NCBI RefSeq assembly: GCF_004010195.1
Contig: NC_057719.1
Location: 73,991,657-74,055,656 of the forward strand
Direction of reading: 5' to 3'
Origin: Chiloscyllium plagiosum
Lineage: Eukaryota
Length of the DNA: 64,000 nt
This document shows positions 37,295 to 49,509 of the stretch, one piece after another. The position numbers and the translations under genes were made by a program. The notes under the pieces were generated by a model. That model worked only from the letters and a program-made list of their open reading frames with translations, ran no database searches and was not told where the DNA came from. Position 1 is the first letter of the stretch. Each line of letters opens with the position of its first letter.

Positions 37295-37418
37295 GACATC
37301 TGATGAAGGTGAAACACTCTGAAAGCTTGTGATTAAATAAATCAGTTGCACTATAACCTGGTATTATATGACTTCTGAGTCTGTGCACCCCAGTCCAATA
37401 CCAGCACCTCCACATCAT
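37295..37418 (+). mobile_element. Penelope-like pLTR fragment
   Basis: ctgatgaagg...gaaagcttgtgattaaataaatcagttgcactataacctggt...ccagcacctccacatcat; family of 4883. Confidence 0.7.
37297..37331 (+). ncRNA. Minimal type I hammerhead ribozyme motif (core intact)
   Basis: CAU-CUGAUGA-AGGUG aaa CAC(U)CU-GAAA-GCUU-GUG: stem I CAU/GUG, 5-bp stem II with one bulge, AGCU palindrome, NUH = CUU. Confidence 0.55.
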
Positions 37419-38074
37419 AAACTTAGTGCAATAGCAATCAGAAACAGCCTGTAGTTTGTCTGTAAAATATTTTGGAACATGCTGAAGTTATGAATGGCAT
37501 GAATAAAATCTAGGCTCTTGTTTGTAACCTCTATTATTGATGCAGTGTGTTCTTTTTCTTCCCCCTTTAGGCCAGTAAATGTCATTAATAGTTATTGAGC
37601 TATCTTTCCAATTTCAGTTAAGTAAAATAATTCAGCTTAATCAGGATTGCGATACCACTGATACTTCACAAGCCAAGATCTCTCCAATTGCTGTATCTAA
37701 CTGTAAAATCTTTAACCACATCAACAACAAAATATATTTTTGAATGGATTCCAGGCCAAGTTTCAAGTCCAACAGCTTTCCATAATAATTGAAAATGAGA
37801 AAATGACTAAAATGGGAACTCTATTGCTGGATCTGTGAGAATTATGAACTTTGCCCACCAGCTTTCTTCTATTTCCCTCCTGTAATAAAGCTAGTCAACA
37901 ACAAGGTTTTTATTTTACAGTGATGTTTCAATCAGAATTTTCTCAGAATGCAAACTTGAGCCAGTAGGAATAGTACCTGCGTAACTGGGTAAGCAGATGC
38001 TGATATAAAACCCACAGAGAAGCCATCTCCAAGAACATGAAATGGATCATCATTAGAATCTCAATTTTGCCTAT

Positions 38075-38540
38075 GATGTTGGCAGAGTTGGAGAGTTTGA
38101 GTTATAGGGAGAGGCTGAATAAGCTGGGGCTATTTTCCCTGGACCATTGGAGGCTGAGGGGTGACTTTAAAGAAGTTTATAAAATTATCAGGGCCATGGA
38201 TAGGGTAAATAGACAAGGTCTTTTCCCTAGGGTACAAGAGTCCAGAACTAGAGGGCCTAGGTTTAGGGTGAGAGGGGAAAGGTTTAAAAAGAGCCTAAGG
38301 GACAACTTTTTCACGCAGAGGTTGGTACGTATATGGAATGATCTGCCAGAGGAAGTGATGGAGGCTGCTTCAAAAACAACATTTAAAAGGCATCTGGATG
38401 GGTATATAAATAGAAAGGGTTTAGAGGGATATGGGCCAAGTGCTGGCAAATGAGACTAGATTGATTGATTTAGGATATCTGGTCGGCATGAACAAGTTGG
38501 ACTGAAGGGTCTGTTTCCGTGCTGTACGTCTCTATGACTC
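38075..38540 (+). mobile_element. CR1 LINE 3' end
   Basis: ORF 38037-38453 LSYRERLNKLGLFSL...FFTQRLVRIWNDLPEEV...FKRHLDGY. Confidence 0.9.
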
Positions 38541-38544
38541 CATA

Positions 38545-38990
38545 ATTGAAGGTATATTAGATAAAATTGCATAGTGCCATTCACAGCTTCAGGATAACCA
38601 AAAGCAATTTCTAACAGTAGTAGTATTTTCTTGAATTGGAGTCTTTGTTGTAATTCAGGAAACACAACAGTCAATTTGTGCACTTAAAAAAGAAATCTCA
38701 CAAACAGCAATATTATAGTCATTTTTTTTAAATTTGAAGTGATATTGATTTGAGTTATAATTATTGGTTAGGAAATTGTTGCTAAACTCTATGAAAATGT
38801 CCCATGGTATTGTGTTCCACACCTGAGATGCAGCTTCTGTTTAAAATCCCAGTGCCTCAGACAGAATGATGTGCCCTCATTAGTGCACTGGAGATGTCAG
38901 GCATAATTTTTGGGTTTCAATCTCTGGCATGAGAGCTAATCCGTGACCATCATACCCACAAATGTGCATGGAAGCAACTGATTAACACTG
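38545..38990 (-). mobile_element. Deu-domain SINE
   Basis: Antisense of the 11345 and 12600 family (ttgcatagtgccattcaca...ctcacaaacagcaat...ccctcattagtgcactgg). Confidence 0.55.
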
Positions 38991-39140
38991 GCATTAGAGT
39001 GAGGATATGAACTATGTGTCAAACTATGTAGGTGCATTTAAGGCGAAGCAAGTAAACCGGAGGAAGGAACAGGAGCAAGTATCGATAGCGTGTCATAAAG
39101 CAGATAGAAGGATAATTTGACTACCAAATAGACCTGTTGG

Positions 39141-39715
39141 GTCATAGTCATAGAGATGTACAACATGGAAACAGACCCTTTGGTCCAACCCGTCCATGCC
39201 GACCAGATATCCCAATCCAATCTAATCCCACCTGCCAGCACCCGACCCATATCTCTCCAAACCCTTCCTATTCATATACCCATCCAAATGCCTCTTAAAT
39301 GTTGAAATTGTACCAGCCTCCACCACTTCCTCTGGCAGCACAAACCACCCTCTGCATGAAATAGTTGCCCCTTGAGTCTCTTTTATATCTTTCCCCTCTC
39401 ACCCTAAACCTATGCCCTCTAGTTCTGGACTCCCCGACCTCAGGGAAAAGACTTTGTCTATTTGCCATTTCCATGCCCCTCATGATTTTGTAAATCTCTG
39501 AGGTCACCCCTCAGCCTCCGACGCACCAGGGAAAACCGCTCCGGCCTGTTCAGCCTCTCCCTATAGCTCAAATCCTCCAACCCTGGCAACATGCTCGTAA
39601 ACACTATTTGCATGCAATATTCCAACAGTGGCCTAACCAATGACCTGTACAGCCGCAACATGACCTCCCAACTCCTGTACTCCATACTCTGACCAATAAA
39701 AGAAAGCATACTAAA
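39141..39715 (-). mobile_element. CR1 LINE 3' end
   Basis: MLSFIGQSMEYRSWEVMLRLYRSLVRPLLEYC; gtcatagtcatagag tail. Confidence 0.9.
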
Positions 39716-41820
39716 GTGAATGACAATAAGTCATGTACTGTTCATTGCATTGTGCATATCTTGTTTAGGAACAGCTTTAAGAAAGCATCAGGGAGCAACC
39801 TTCTATTATTTCGGGATGTGGGAATAGAGTCGGAACCACCAGCTAAACAATGATTACCGCAGGCATTGAACCTTGCAGCCCACCATTTGTTCGTGGATTC
39901 AAAACAGGAAAGACAGACTTATCAAATGCTTTTACCAACTGATGAAATATTGTACAGTGTTTATACCACAAAGTTCTGAGACTCTCTTTTGTCACACCTT
40001 GATCAGACTAAATCAAAGCAGCCACCAATTAGACTTGTAAAGTAAAAGGATCAAAACCCAGCCCATATTCTATAACACAGTGAGAATGTTTGCTTGTCCT
40101 CTTGTACAGCCGCAGTGCTAACAAGGGAGACTTAATTTTCGTAACAATGGGAAGCTCTTAACAAAAGAGGATTTTCTGGACTCGAGCCAGGAAATGCTGG
40201 AAAAATGCAAACGCTCACACAGCATCTAAGGTCGGAGCAACGCAGATAACATTTCAAAGTTGATGACCTTCCGTTAAAATGTGGATTTTCTGTTCTACTG
40301 TGGACACCAGAAAGATGTCACTTAATCGTGAAGCTAATGAAGCTGAGTGAAGAGTCATTAAATTGGAAGTTGCATACTTCTCATACATCTGATCAGGTGA
40401 AATGATGAATTCTGCTAGTATAGAGTACAATCACTTGGCTTAGTGTCCAATCTTTTAAAAAAAAAAAATCCCAAGGGACTTTGTCTAGGTGGCCTGCTAG
40501 TGGAAGCATTTTTATGAAGTAACCATGAATCACTTGAATTAAATGGAAGCTGCTGATATTCAGGGCAAAACCCAAGTGAAATTTTCCCTGATCATTGTTT
40601 TAACAGGATCATTGTCTCATGCTGTCCCAGAATGTATTAGACTACTGGAGGATAACTTCCTAAGAATCCGGAGCCTTCCAAAATCTGTTGACTGTCCACA
40701 TGATTAGATCCAAACCCGTCAATGCAGAATTTTGGCACTTTTTTGGGATAAACAAGTTTTCATTTTGAAACCTGTATTAAACCCTGCACCGGATTTTTGG
40801 CATCTATTCATAGTCCTGTCTCTTTAAATTTATCTGGAAAGCAGATCACCGAATGGATTTGAGCATGTGCCAGAAACCATTCTACTGGACCTGATTCTAG
40901 TTAATTATTCTTATAGCTTTACTTTATTCCTTTCCGCAAATGCAAGTTCCTTTCAATGGCAGGCTCTCTTCTGCAGTCAAATGGATAAATAATGAAGAAA
41001 CAGTGGCCTTTTGTCAGAATACTCTGGATTTGGCCACTTTTCAGAATGGCTGGCAGTTTAACACTTGGCTGAGGGAACGTTAGAGGAATGGGAATAAAAC
41101 ACTCGGTGTATGTAATGCACCTTGTAATTGATTTTTTTTATTATCAAGATGAGATTGTGCATTCAACAATATTCTGATAGAAGGTCACAGACTTTAAAGA
41201 CATTATCTGGGCGAGGATCACAGATGCATTTTGACTAATGTCTACGAAGATGAGAAAACCTAACAAGATTACAGTGCCATGTAATCCCTACTTGTGGTGT
41301 ATGTCATCTCAATTGCTGAACAGCTCTCTGGTTCTGTCAGACAAAAACATGCAATTTTCCTGAAGGTGAGAAGAAATATTTGATCCTTGTGCCAAGATGT
41401 TAGGGTGCAGAAAATGGCAAGATTGATGTTTCATATAAGGTGCCATTCTTTCAGTATTTAATGTTAAGTAAACATTGGTTGAAAACATATTCTACTTATA
41501 GATTTTCCCAATGTTCCTTTTAGTGAAATAAGTCAACAAAGAATGGTTATTGGTCAGCCATGATTTCACTGATAGGAACAGGTTTCCAAAGCTATTGCAG
41601 TTAATGTGAACTCTAAAAGGAATTAACAATAAAGGCTAATCTTAAACCTGCTTTCATTAGAATGTTGGCAATAAAGCAAACGTGAGCGATCATCTGATTT
41701 CATTTTGCCAAACAATGTTTTTGTATTTGGCTGCATAAAACAGTGGTTTCATTGGTTCCTGTTAAAGATGTTATCAATCATTCTCTAATCAATGTGCTGC
41801 TTGAGATGAGTGTTTAGAGA

Positions 41821-42440
41821 CATAGAGTCATAGAGATGTACAGCACGGAACTAGACCTTTGGTCTAACTCTTCCATGCCGACCAGATATCCCAACCCAAT
41901 CTAGTCCCACCTGCCAGTACCTGGCCCATATCCCTCCAAACCCTTCCTATTCATATACCCATCCAAATGACTTTTAAATGTTGCAATTGTGCTAGCCTCC
42001 ACAACTTCCTCTGGCAGCACAAACCACTCTCTGCATGAAATAGTTGCCCCTTGAGTCTCTTTTTATATCTTTCCCCTCTCACCCTAAACCTATGCCCTCT
42101 AGTTCTGGACTCCCTCACCCCAGGGAAAATACTTTGTCTATTTATCCTATCCATGCCCCTCATGATTTTTGTAAATCTCTATAAGGTCACTCATCAGCCT
42201 CCACGCTCCAGGGAAAACAGCGCTAGCCTATTCAACCTCTCCCCATAGCTCCAACCCTGGCAACATCCTTGTAAATCCTTTCTGAACCCTTTCAAGTTCC
42301 ACAATATCTTTCCGATAGGAAAGAGACCAGAATTGCACACAATATTCCAACAGTGGGCTAACCAATGTCCTGTACAGCCGCAATATGACCTCCCAACTCC
42401 TGTGCTCAATACTCTGACCAATAAAAGAAAGCATACTAAA
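41821..42440 (-). mobile_element. CR1 LINE 3' end
   Basis: MLSFIGQSIEHRSWEVILRLYRTLVSPLLEYCVQFW...LERVQKGFTRMLPGL. Confidence 0.9.
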
Positions 42441-42912
42441 CCTTTAATAAAATATGCTAAAACTGAAGAATAAGTTGTGTAGATAATTGTTCTTTCAATC
42501 TTGCGTCCATCAGTATATTCTTCAAGGTGAGTGCCAAACAATTTATTGTTGGAATTTGGTTCAGTGAGATTGATTTTTTTCATTGGGATTTCATTCATCC
42601 ATGCATTATCTGCATCAAATAATGGATATGTACGGAAGTATAACTTTAATTTTCATGTTAACTTGTTTATTTACAGTTTGGTGGGAGGAGGAAATTCTCA
42701 ACTTGAGATAACTAATGTAGTCATTTGCTTGCTTGGTCTTTTTATAAAATGCTGAACATTGATGTTGGAATCTAAAATAACAGCAGAAAAAAATCCCTGA
42801 GAATCTTGATAAAGATCATTTGAGTAGAAGGCTTCATTTTTGCCTTTATAGATTATTTGCTAATTTGTTCAGTTCTATGTTTCTGTGCCAATCAAAAGTA
42901 TTTTAGTAATGA

Positions 42913-43243
42913 GGTGACAGCGACATGGCTCAGTGGTTTGCACTGCTGCCTCTCAGCACCAGGGTGCCAGGTTCGATTTCAGCCTTGCGTGACTGTCTGT
43001 GTGGAGTTTGCACCTTCTCCCTGTGTCTGCGTGGGTTTCGTCTGGGTGCTCCGGGTTCCTTTCACAATCCAAAGATGTGCAGGTTAGGTGGATTGGCCAT
43101 GCCAAATTTCCCATAGTGTTAGGTGAATTAGTCAGAGGGAAATGGGTCTGGGTGGGTTACTCTTCGGAGGGTCGGTGTTGGCTTGTTGGGCCAAAGGGCC
43201 TGTTTCCACACTGTAGGGAATCTAATCTAATCTAATCTAATCT
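42913..43243 (+). mobile_element. Full-length HE1/V-SINE-like SINE
   Basis: tggctcagtggtttgcactgctgcctc (A box), ggttcgatttc (B box), V-domain gtgtggagtttgcac..., CR1-like 3' end and (aatct)n tail. Confidence 0.9.
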
Positions 43244-43384
43244 TGAAGCACTATTTTTGGTTATCATACCAGGGGGCTACTAAGAATTGGTTAGCAGTGC
43301 CAAGTTGATGGGGCATGGGAACCCTGTGTATAAATAGATAACTCATCACATTGTATAGATTTTATTAAGTTTCACAGTAATTTA

Positions 43385-43620
43385 CAGAGAATTGCAAAAC
43401 TGGTTAGTGCAAGCCTTGGAATATTGCGTGAACAATCTCCCGATTTCAAGGAATTGTTGCATTGAAGTTTCCTTCTCCGTCGCAACACCTCAACCAGTCA
43501 GCAGACTTGCCAACTAATCTACACTACTTGCTACTATGGCACAACAGAATTCTTTCATTTGTCCTGATGAATGCAAGATGAAAAGCTTCAGAAATCTGTC
43601 TCTTCAGCAGTATTGAGATT
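43385..43620 (+). mobile_element. Old Penelope-like fragment with hammerhead motif at 43561-43594
   Basis: gacttgccaactaatc...tttcatttgtcCTGATGAatgcaagatGAAAagctTC...ttcagcagtattga, homologous to 37040-37195. Confidence 0.55.
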
Positions 43621-44294
43621 GAATTCCTTTCCTCATATTGTGATGGTTTCTCAAGGAAAGGGAAATGTCTTTTTATTCTGAAATACTGCAGTAAGCATAA
43701 ATATCTGCCCTTTCTCTAATATATAACCTTTTCAGAACAAATCATGATCCATAATTCATTGAGCCAATGAGCTTTTATTGTATAAAGAAATTTAATACAT
43801 GTTAAAAGTATTGACTTAAGAGCCTCAGTGCTATGTTGGGGAAAAGCGTCCGTTGAATATTCTGTTTCCGAGAACAAAGTCAAGTTATGAGAGAACCATA
43901 TTCTATAAAGGTTAAACCTTCAGGTTTTAGGTTAATTTAATTGGATACTATTATTTGATCAAAAGCAGAAACTCTTCTGGAGAAGTATAGTTAATTTTCA
44001 AGACAATTAACTACACTGCAATCAGTAAATAGTTAAATGAAATTAATGTTGTCATCTTTGTAGAACAACTCTTTTAATTATTTATTCAGCAGTACAATTA
44101 ATGAATGAAATTCTGAACTTCCAAAAGATCTCCTTTAGCTAAAAGTTGGCATTTATGCTTAACATTTTGAGCATTTGAAGCAATATAACAATGTGGATAT
44201 TTTGCATTAAAGTGTTTTGATTGAATGGTGGATCTGACTGGGATGTGGTTTGGTGCACTGGAATTCCATGCATGGTTAGACTCCTATTTGGATC

Positions 44295-44498
44295 AAGAGT
44301 GTGGTGCTGAAAAAACACAGCAGGTCAGGCAGCACCCGATAAGCTGGAAAATCTACGTTTCGGGCAAAAGGATTCCTGATGAAGGGCTTTTGCCTGAAAC
44401 GTGGATTTTCCTGCTCTTCGGATGCTGCCTGACCTGCTGTGCTTTTCCAGCACCACACTCTCTACTCTAATCTCCAGCATTTGCAGTCTTCACTTTTT
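44295..44498. mobile_element. Palindromic Penelope-like element with 14-bp TSD
   Basis: gagtgtggtgctg...acgtttcgggcaaaag is inverted with cttttgcctgaaacgt...cagcaccacactc; ctcctatttggatc at 44281-94 and 44499-512. Confidence 0.85.
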
Positions 44499-44825
44499 CT
44501 CCTATTTGGATCTCTGTCAATTGTAAGCTAGACTCATTGCGATTAGTACCTGAATAGTTGAGAAGTATGACAAAATAGCCCTGGAAGATGCATTAACATA
44601 TCTTTCATGCTTTTTTTTCCTTTCTAACTGTTATGTGTCCACACACTGGAGAGCAATCAATTTTCATTAGTTAACCTTTCAATTTCTCTTTCATTAACTG
44701 GAATCAGTACAGAACAAGGACACCCAAATGAACACATCTCAGTCCACATAAAAATTCGGATTGGCTTATATTTATTAGTGACAACTGGCCACCAGTTTTG
44801 GTTGATTACAATCATACCATTATAA

Positions 44826-44930
44826 AGGGGCTAGGTGTAGTGGTAGCATTCCTGCCTTTAAGCTCAGTGCCCCAGGTTCAGGTCCCACCCGCTCCAGAAA
44901 TTGGTAGGTTGACTGAAAAATATATCTAGG
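44826..44930 (+). mobile_element. Short tRNA-derived SINE fragment
   Basis: ggtgtagtggtagcattcctgcc...ccaggttcaggtccc A/B-box-like head. Confidence 0.45.
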
Positions 44931-45023
44931 TGCACAAAGAAGGAATGACGAGTGGGCATTCTCCTGGAGGGGAAGAGAGCGCGATAATTTTAAAGGGCCG
45001 AAAGTAAGAGGTCATTTTAAAAC

Positions 45024-45245
45024 CGAGTTGAGTCTGGTGCTGGAAAAGCACAGCTGGTCAGGCAGCATCTGAGGAGCAGGACAGTCGATTTTTCAAGCAT
45101 ATGCTCTTCTTCTGAAAATTCCTGATGAGCTTATGCTCGAAACATCGAGTCTCCTGTTCCTCAGATGCTGCCTGACCGGCTGTGCTTTTCCAGCACCACA
45201 TTCTTCGAGTCTGATTCCCAGCAGCTGCAGTCCTCACTTTCTCCA
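45024..45245. mobile_element. Palindromic Penelope-like element
   Basis: tggtgctggaaaagcacagc...gctcttcttctga is inverted with cctgatgagcttatgctcgaaac...gctgtgcttttccagcacca; degenerate TSD at 45009-23 and 45246-59. Confidence 0.8.
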
Positions 45246-46344
45246 AGGCAATTTAAAACACAAACACATCAATCATGCCATTATGTATACTTTGTAAGCA
45301 TGAATGAGGATGTGGAGTACATTTCCTCATTTCAGTTGTTACAGCTGAACTCTGTCGGAAGCCTTTGGCTGCTGGTGGAAAAGTGAATGCTGAATGAATT
45401 TGCCTTTGCCCTCAAAAATGAAGTGAACGCCACCTCCAAATGTGGCCTTCCTGCCTGGTGCCCGGAGTATAAACACACAAGTGGTTTTGTGCCTTTGAAT
45501 GATCCCAGCTTCAGCACACTGTGCTGCACGTGGTGTTGCCCCACTGACGGAAAAAGATTGTTGGCAACTTTGATTTCCTTTTGGTAAAGAATAGTTGTGC
45601 TTTGCCAAGACAGGTACATTAGAATGGAACGTCTATTCCTATTCAAGATCTGCATTTGCCTGGAAGGAGAATGAGATTCTTGTTCCAAATTGTAGTGAAT
45701 GATACTATTAACAAATGGCAAAATTTCCATATATTCAAACCGACTGTTTGCACTCCTTGCTCAGATCACGAATTATTAATTTTCCACCACACGTTAATTC
45801 GGCCATAAATTCCCTTGCCTTATGATTGCATTTGATTTTTGTTATGAAATTTTTGAAATTTATTACTTGGCTACTGAGGAAGAATGAAATAGTACAAGCC
45901 TCAACTTCTAAAAAGAAATAACAGCAACTAAACTTCCAACTAATAGGAGCCAAAGGCACCAAGTGCGAAGAAGTAAGCCCATTCCAGTTCAGTTTGAAGG
46001 TATTCATTTTATTTGCAATTACCATTTGGGTTCTGGTTGCGTGGTTTGTAACACTTCCAGAGTGAAGTGCAAGTGAATGGTAGGTTCACATTCAGTACAT
46101 GCTTCTGAGTTCAACCTCCACTGGATAGCAGCGTGAAGATAACTACAAGAGGATCCACACTTTGCAGAATCAACAGAAATGATGCAGTGCAGAATGAGGC
46201 CATCCGGCCCATTGTATATGCAGTAGCTCATTAAATGCACATCAGTAGCTATTACTAATCCCCTGCTGTTTACCCCCCATATCCTTGCACATTATTTTGT
46301 TCAGATAATCATCCAGTGCTATCTTTGTAGAAATGGTTTAAAAA

Positions 46345-47165
46345 TGATCAAATGAGTCAGTGGGCTGGGAAAATGGCAGATGGAGGTCAATCTGGATAAA
46401 TGCAAGCTTCTGTATTTTGGCGCAACAAGCGAGGGTAGAGCTTATACAAATAATGCTAAGGCCTTGGGTAGTGTTGTAGAATAGAGGGACCTAGGGGTGC
46501 AGGTACATAATTCTTTAAAATTTGCATCATATATAGGCAGAATGGTTAAAAAGGCATTTGGCACACTTGCCTTCATTACTCAATCCTTGAAGTTGGGACG
46601 TTACGTTGAGGTTGTACAGGACATTGGTAAGGCCTCTTCTGGAATACTCTGTCCAATTCTGGTCATCCAGTTATAGGAAGGATGTTATCAAGCTGGAGAG
46701 GGTTCAGAAGAGATTTACCAGGATGTTGCCAGGTATGGCAGGTTTGAGTTATAAAGAAAGGCTGGGAATTTTTTCACTGGAGCATAGGAGGTTGAGATGC
46801 AAGCTGATAGAAGTCTATGAAATAATGAAAGGTAGAGATAGGGATGATGGTAGTTGTCTTTTCCCTAAGATGGGGAATTTCAAGACAAGGGGGTACATTT
46901 TAAGGTGAGAGGAGAGAGATTTAAAAAAGACATGAGGGATAAATGTTTTGCACAGAAGGTGGTTCCTGTGTGGAATGAACTTCCTGAGGAAGTGGTAGGT
47001 GTAGGTACAATTACAACATTTAAAAGACATTTGGATAGATACATGCATCTAAAAGGTTGGGAGGGATATGGGTCAGGAGCAGACAGGTGAGACTAGTTTG
47101 GCATTATTGAAGGTATGGACTGGTTGGACCAAAGGGTCTGCTTCCGTGCTGTATGACGCTATGAA
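46345..47165 (+). mobile_element. CR1 LINE RT C-terminus and 3' UTR
   Basis: MRLYRTLVRPLLEYSVQFW...LERVQKRFTRMLPG; WNELPEEVV...FKRHLDRY. Confidence 0.9.
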
Positions 47166-48511
47166 TTTGCCCTCAAAGGTCAGCCTGAAATGTATGTGCT
47201 TTTCTTCAAGAAACTCGAACAGCCAAAAAAGAACAGGCCCACTCTCAGCTGACCAATAGAAGTGGCCATTTGTGTTCCACTTTTGGAGTTGACTCACTGC
47301 TTTGGTCAAAGGGAGGATTTCTAATCTGTTTGGGTTCAGAATGATTGAGCCAGATCTTGCTTCTGAGGTTTCGGTGGTCAAAGAAATGTAAAGGGGACCT
47401 GGGACTGCTCTCTGTGCTTCTGGAACTTTCCGTTGAGGCCCTGCTGTCAGATGTAAAGGATTAATGCCTGCCAGAGACCAGAGGAAGAGACTAGTATCTT
47501 CCAACTAAGCATGGGGGGGCTGTTGGAGCAGGTTCATAGCAAGCCTGTGTTCCCTTAAGGCAAGCTACAATGTTATCAAGAAGTTTGAGGAATTCATGGA
47601 TATGGGACAGATAAGTGATGCTAAACCTCCGTACCTAAGACATTCCCAACATTGAGCATAACACCCCGAAGTGTAACATGACTCTACTCGGCGCCCTCCC
47701 TCAGGAGGGTTGCCTCTCAATCAGTATTAACTACAGAGAGATTTGTTTTCATCTTTGTGTCACCTCCCAGCTGTGCCTCACAATTACTGTCTCCAATTGT
47801 TATCCTTTCCTCCTTTGAGTTAAGTTGGAAGTCATTTCTCAGAGTGAACACACATTCGGCAGAAGTGCTGTGAGCATAAACCTCTCAAATCTGGCCATGG
47901 CTGGAGCTCCTCTGTTTCAATGATTAAAAATTTCCCATTATGCAGCTCTCATCATCATCATCATCTATCTACCCTGTCCCTTTGGTGCCATTCTCATCTT
48001 ATTCTAGCCCTATCCTGCCCCTCTCTGCATCAGGAACAAGTCATTACTGATGGGATATTTCGCAACTGATCAGCATGGCACATCCCTGTTCCGCTTACAG
48101 GACACTTCTGAACTTCGATGAATCTCCTCCTTGCACTGTGCTGGCAGCTATCACAATGCTGCAGCAGGGATACTGTGTTGTCTGGGAAATGCACTCTGCT
48201 TACGGACTGAACTAGGCTGTATCTTGGCTGTTCACTTGCTGTCTCAGCACTCTATCACCTAGAGCCTCCCTCAATGCTCATAGCATCACTGCTTTCCCTT
48301 GCCTTTTCGCATTTTGCTCCCTTAAGGGACAACTTGCTGTCAGTGAGAATCTCCCCTCGATGTCCAGACCCAGTTAAAAGATGGAGCAAAATATTCTTGA
48401 AATCAGGATAGGTCTCACTGGACAACTTGTGCAGTTCTACCACATTTCTTGCGGTAATCCATGCTGTTCAAGCCCCTATACAATTCTGCTTTTCTTTTGC
48501 TATTATAATAC

Positions 48512-49158
48512 ATGGAAGCATAGAAATTAGGAGCAGGGGTGGGCTATTCAGCCCTTCAAACCTGCTTAGGACACTCTCCATATGATCGTGGCTGATCATC
48601 CAACTCAGTACCCTGTTCCCACTTTCTCCCCATACCCTTTCAGTCCTAAGAACCAAATCCAACTCCTTGAAAGCGTTCACTATTTTAGCCTTACCCACTT
48701 TCTGTGGCAGAGAATTCCACAGGCTCACCACTCTCTGGGTGAAGAAATTTCTCCTGCCCCAGTCCTAAATGGCTGACCCTGTACCTTTTAAACCGTGACT
48801 CCTGATTGTGGACTCTCTGGTCATCAGCGATGTTCTCCTTCCATTTACCATCCAGTCCTGTCAGAATTTTCTAGGTTTCTATGAGAGCACCCCTCATTCT
48901 TCTAAACTGCAGTGAATATAGTTCAAACTGATCCAGTCTGTCTTTGTGCATCAGTCCTGCCATCCAAGGAACCAGTCTGATAAATACATGTTGCACTTTC
49001 TTGATGGCCAGAACACCATTCCTCAGAAAAGGGGACCAAAACTGCCAGTGATACACCCGATGTGGTCTCACAATGGCCCTGTATAATTGCAGCAAGATAT
49101 CTCTTCTCCTTTACTCGAATTGTCTTGCCATGGAAGCCAACATGCCATTTGCCTTCTT
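48512..49158 (-). mobile_element. CR1 LINE 3' part
   Basis: LQLYRAIVRPH...QFWSPFLR; VSLWNSLPQK. Confidence 0.85.
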
Positions 49159-49509
49159 TCTGACTAGAGAATGAATCGAGTTGGTAGGTCAGTTCACTTG
49201 TCATTTATTTGTTTGGACAGAATAAGTATTTGAACTTTCTTTTTCTATATGAGCAAATGGCTTCTTTTCCCCTCTGTTTGAATGTTTCTTTATCAAGGAA
49301 GACTTCTTCAAGTCCTAGCTAACAAAAATAAATAGTGCGGGAGCAAATAGTTTGCATGAACCTTTGCAGTAGTTGTGCAACCAAGTTGTTTGGAAATAGC
49401 ACAAATCCTAAAATGACTCTGTCCATAATTAGACACAGCCCAGACTGAGCAATAGACATCCTTGCATGAAGAGAGCGAGAGAGAGATGGTGGTTGTAGCT
49501 AAAAGGGAA

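Noticed and set aside
42913..43000. tRNA gene
   Set aside because: The A/B boxes belong to a SINE head that continues into a V-domain and LINE-like tail; there is no complete cloverleaf.
45387..45587. Cys-containing 66-aa ORF as CRIM1-like exon 3
   Set aside because: Cys spacing does not match (no GECC motifs) and there are no convincing splice sites.
47500..48465. GC-richer segment with (cat)n, possibly a decayed transposon
   Set aside because: I could not recover any recognisable protein motif or termini.
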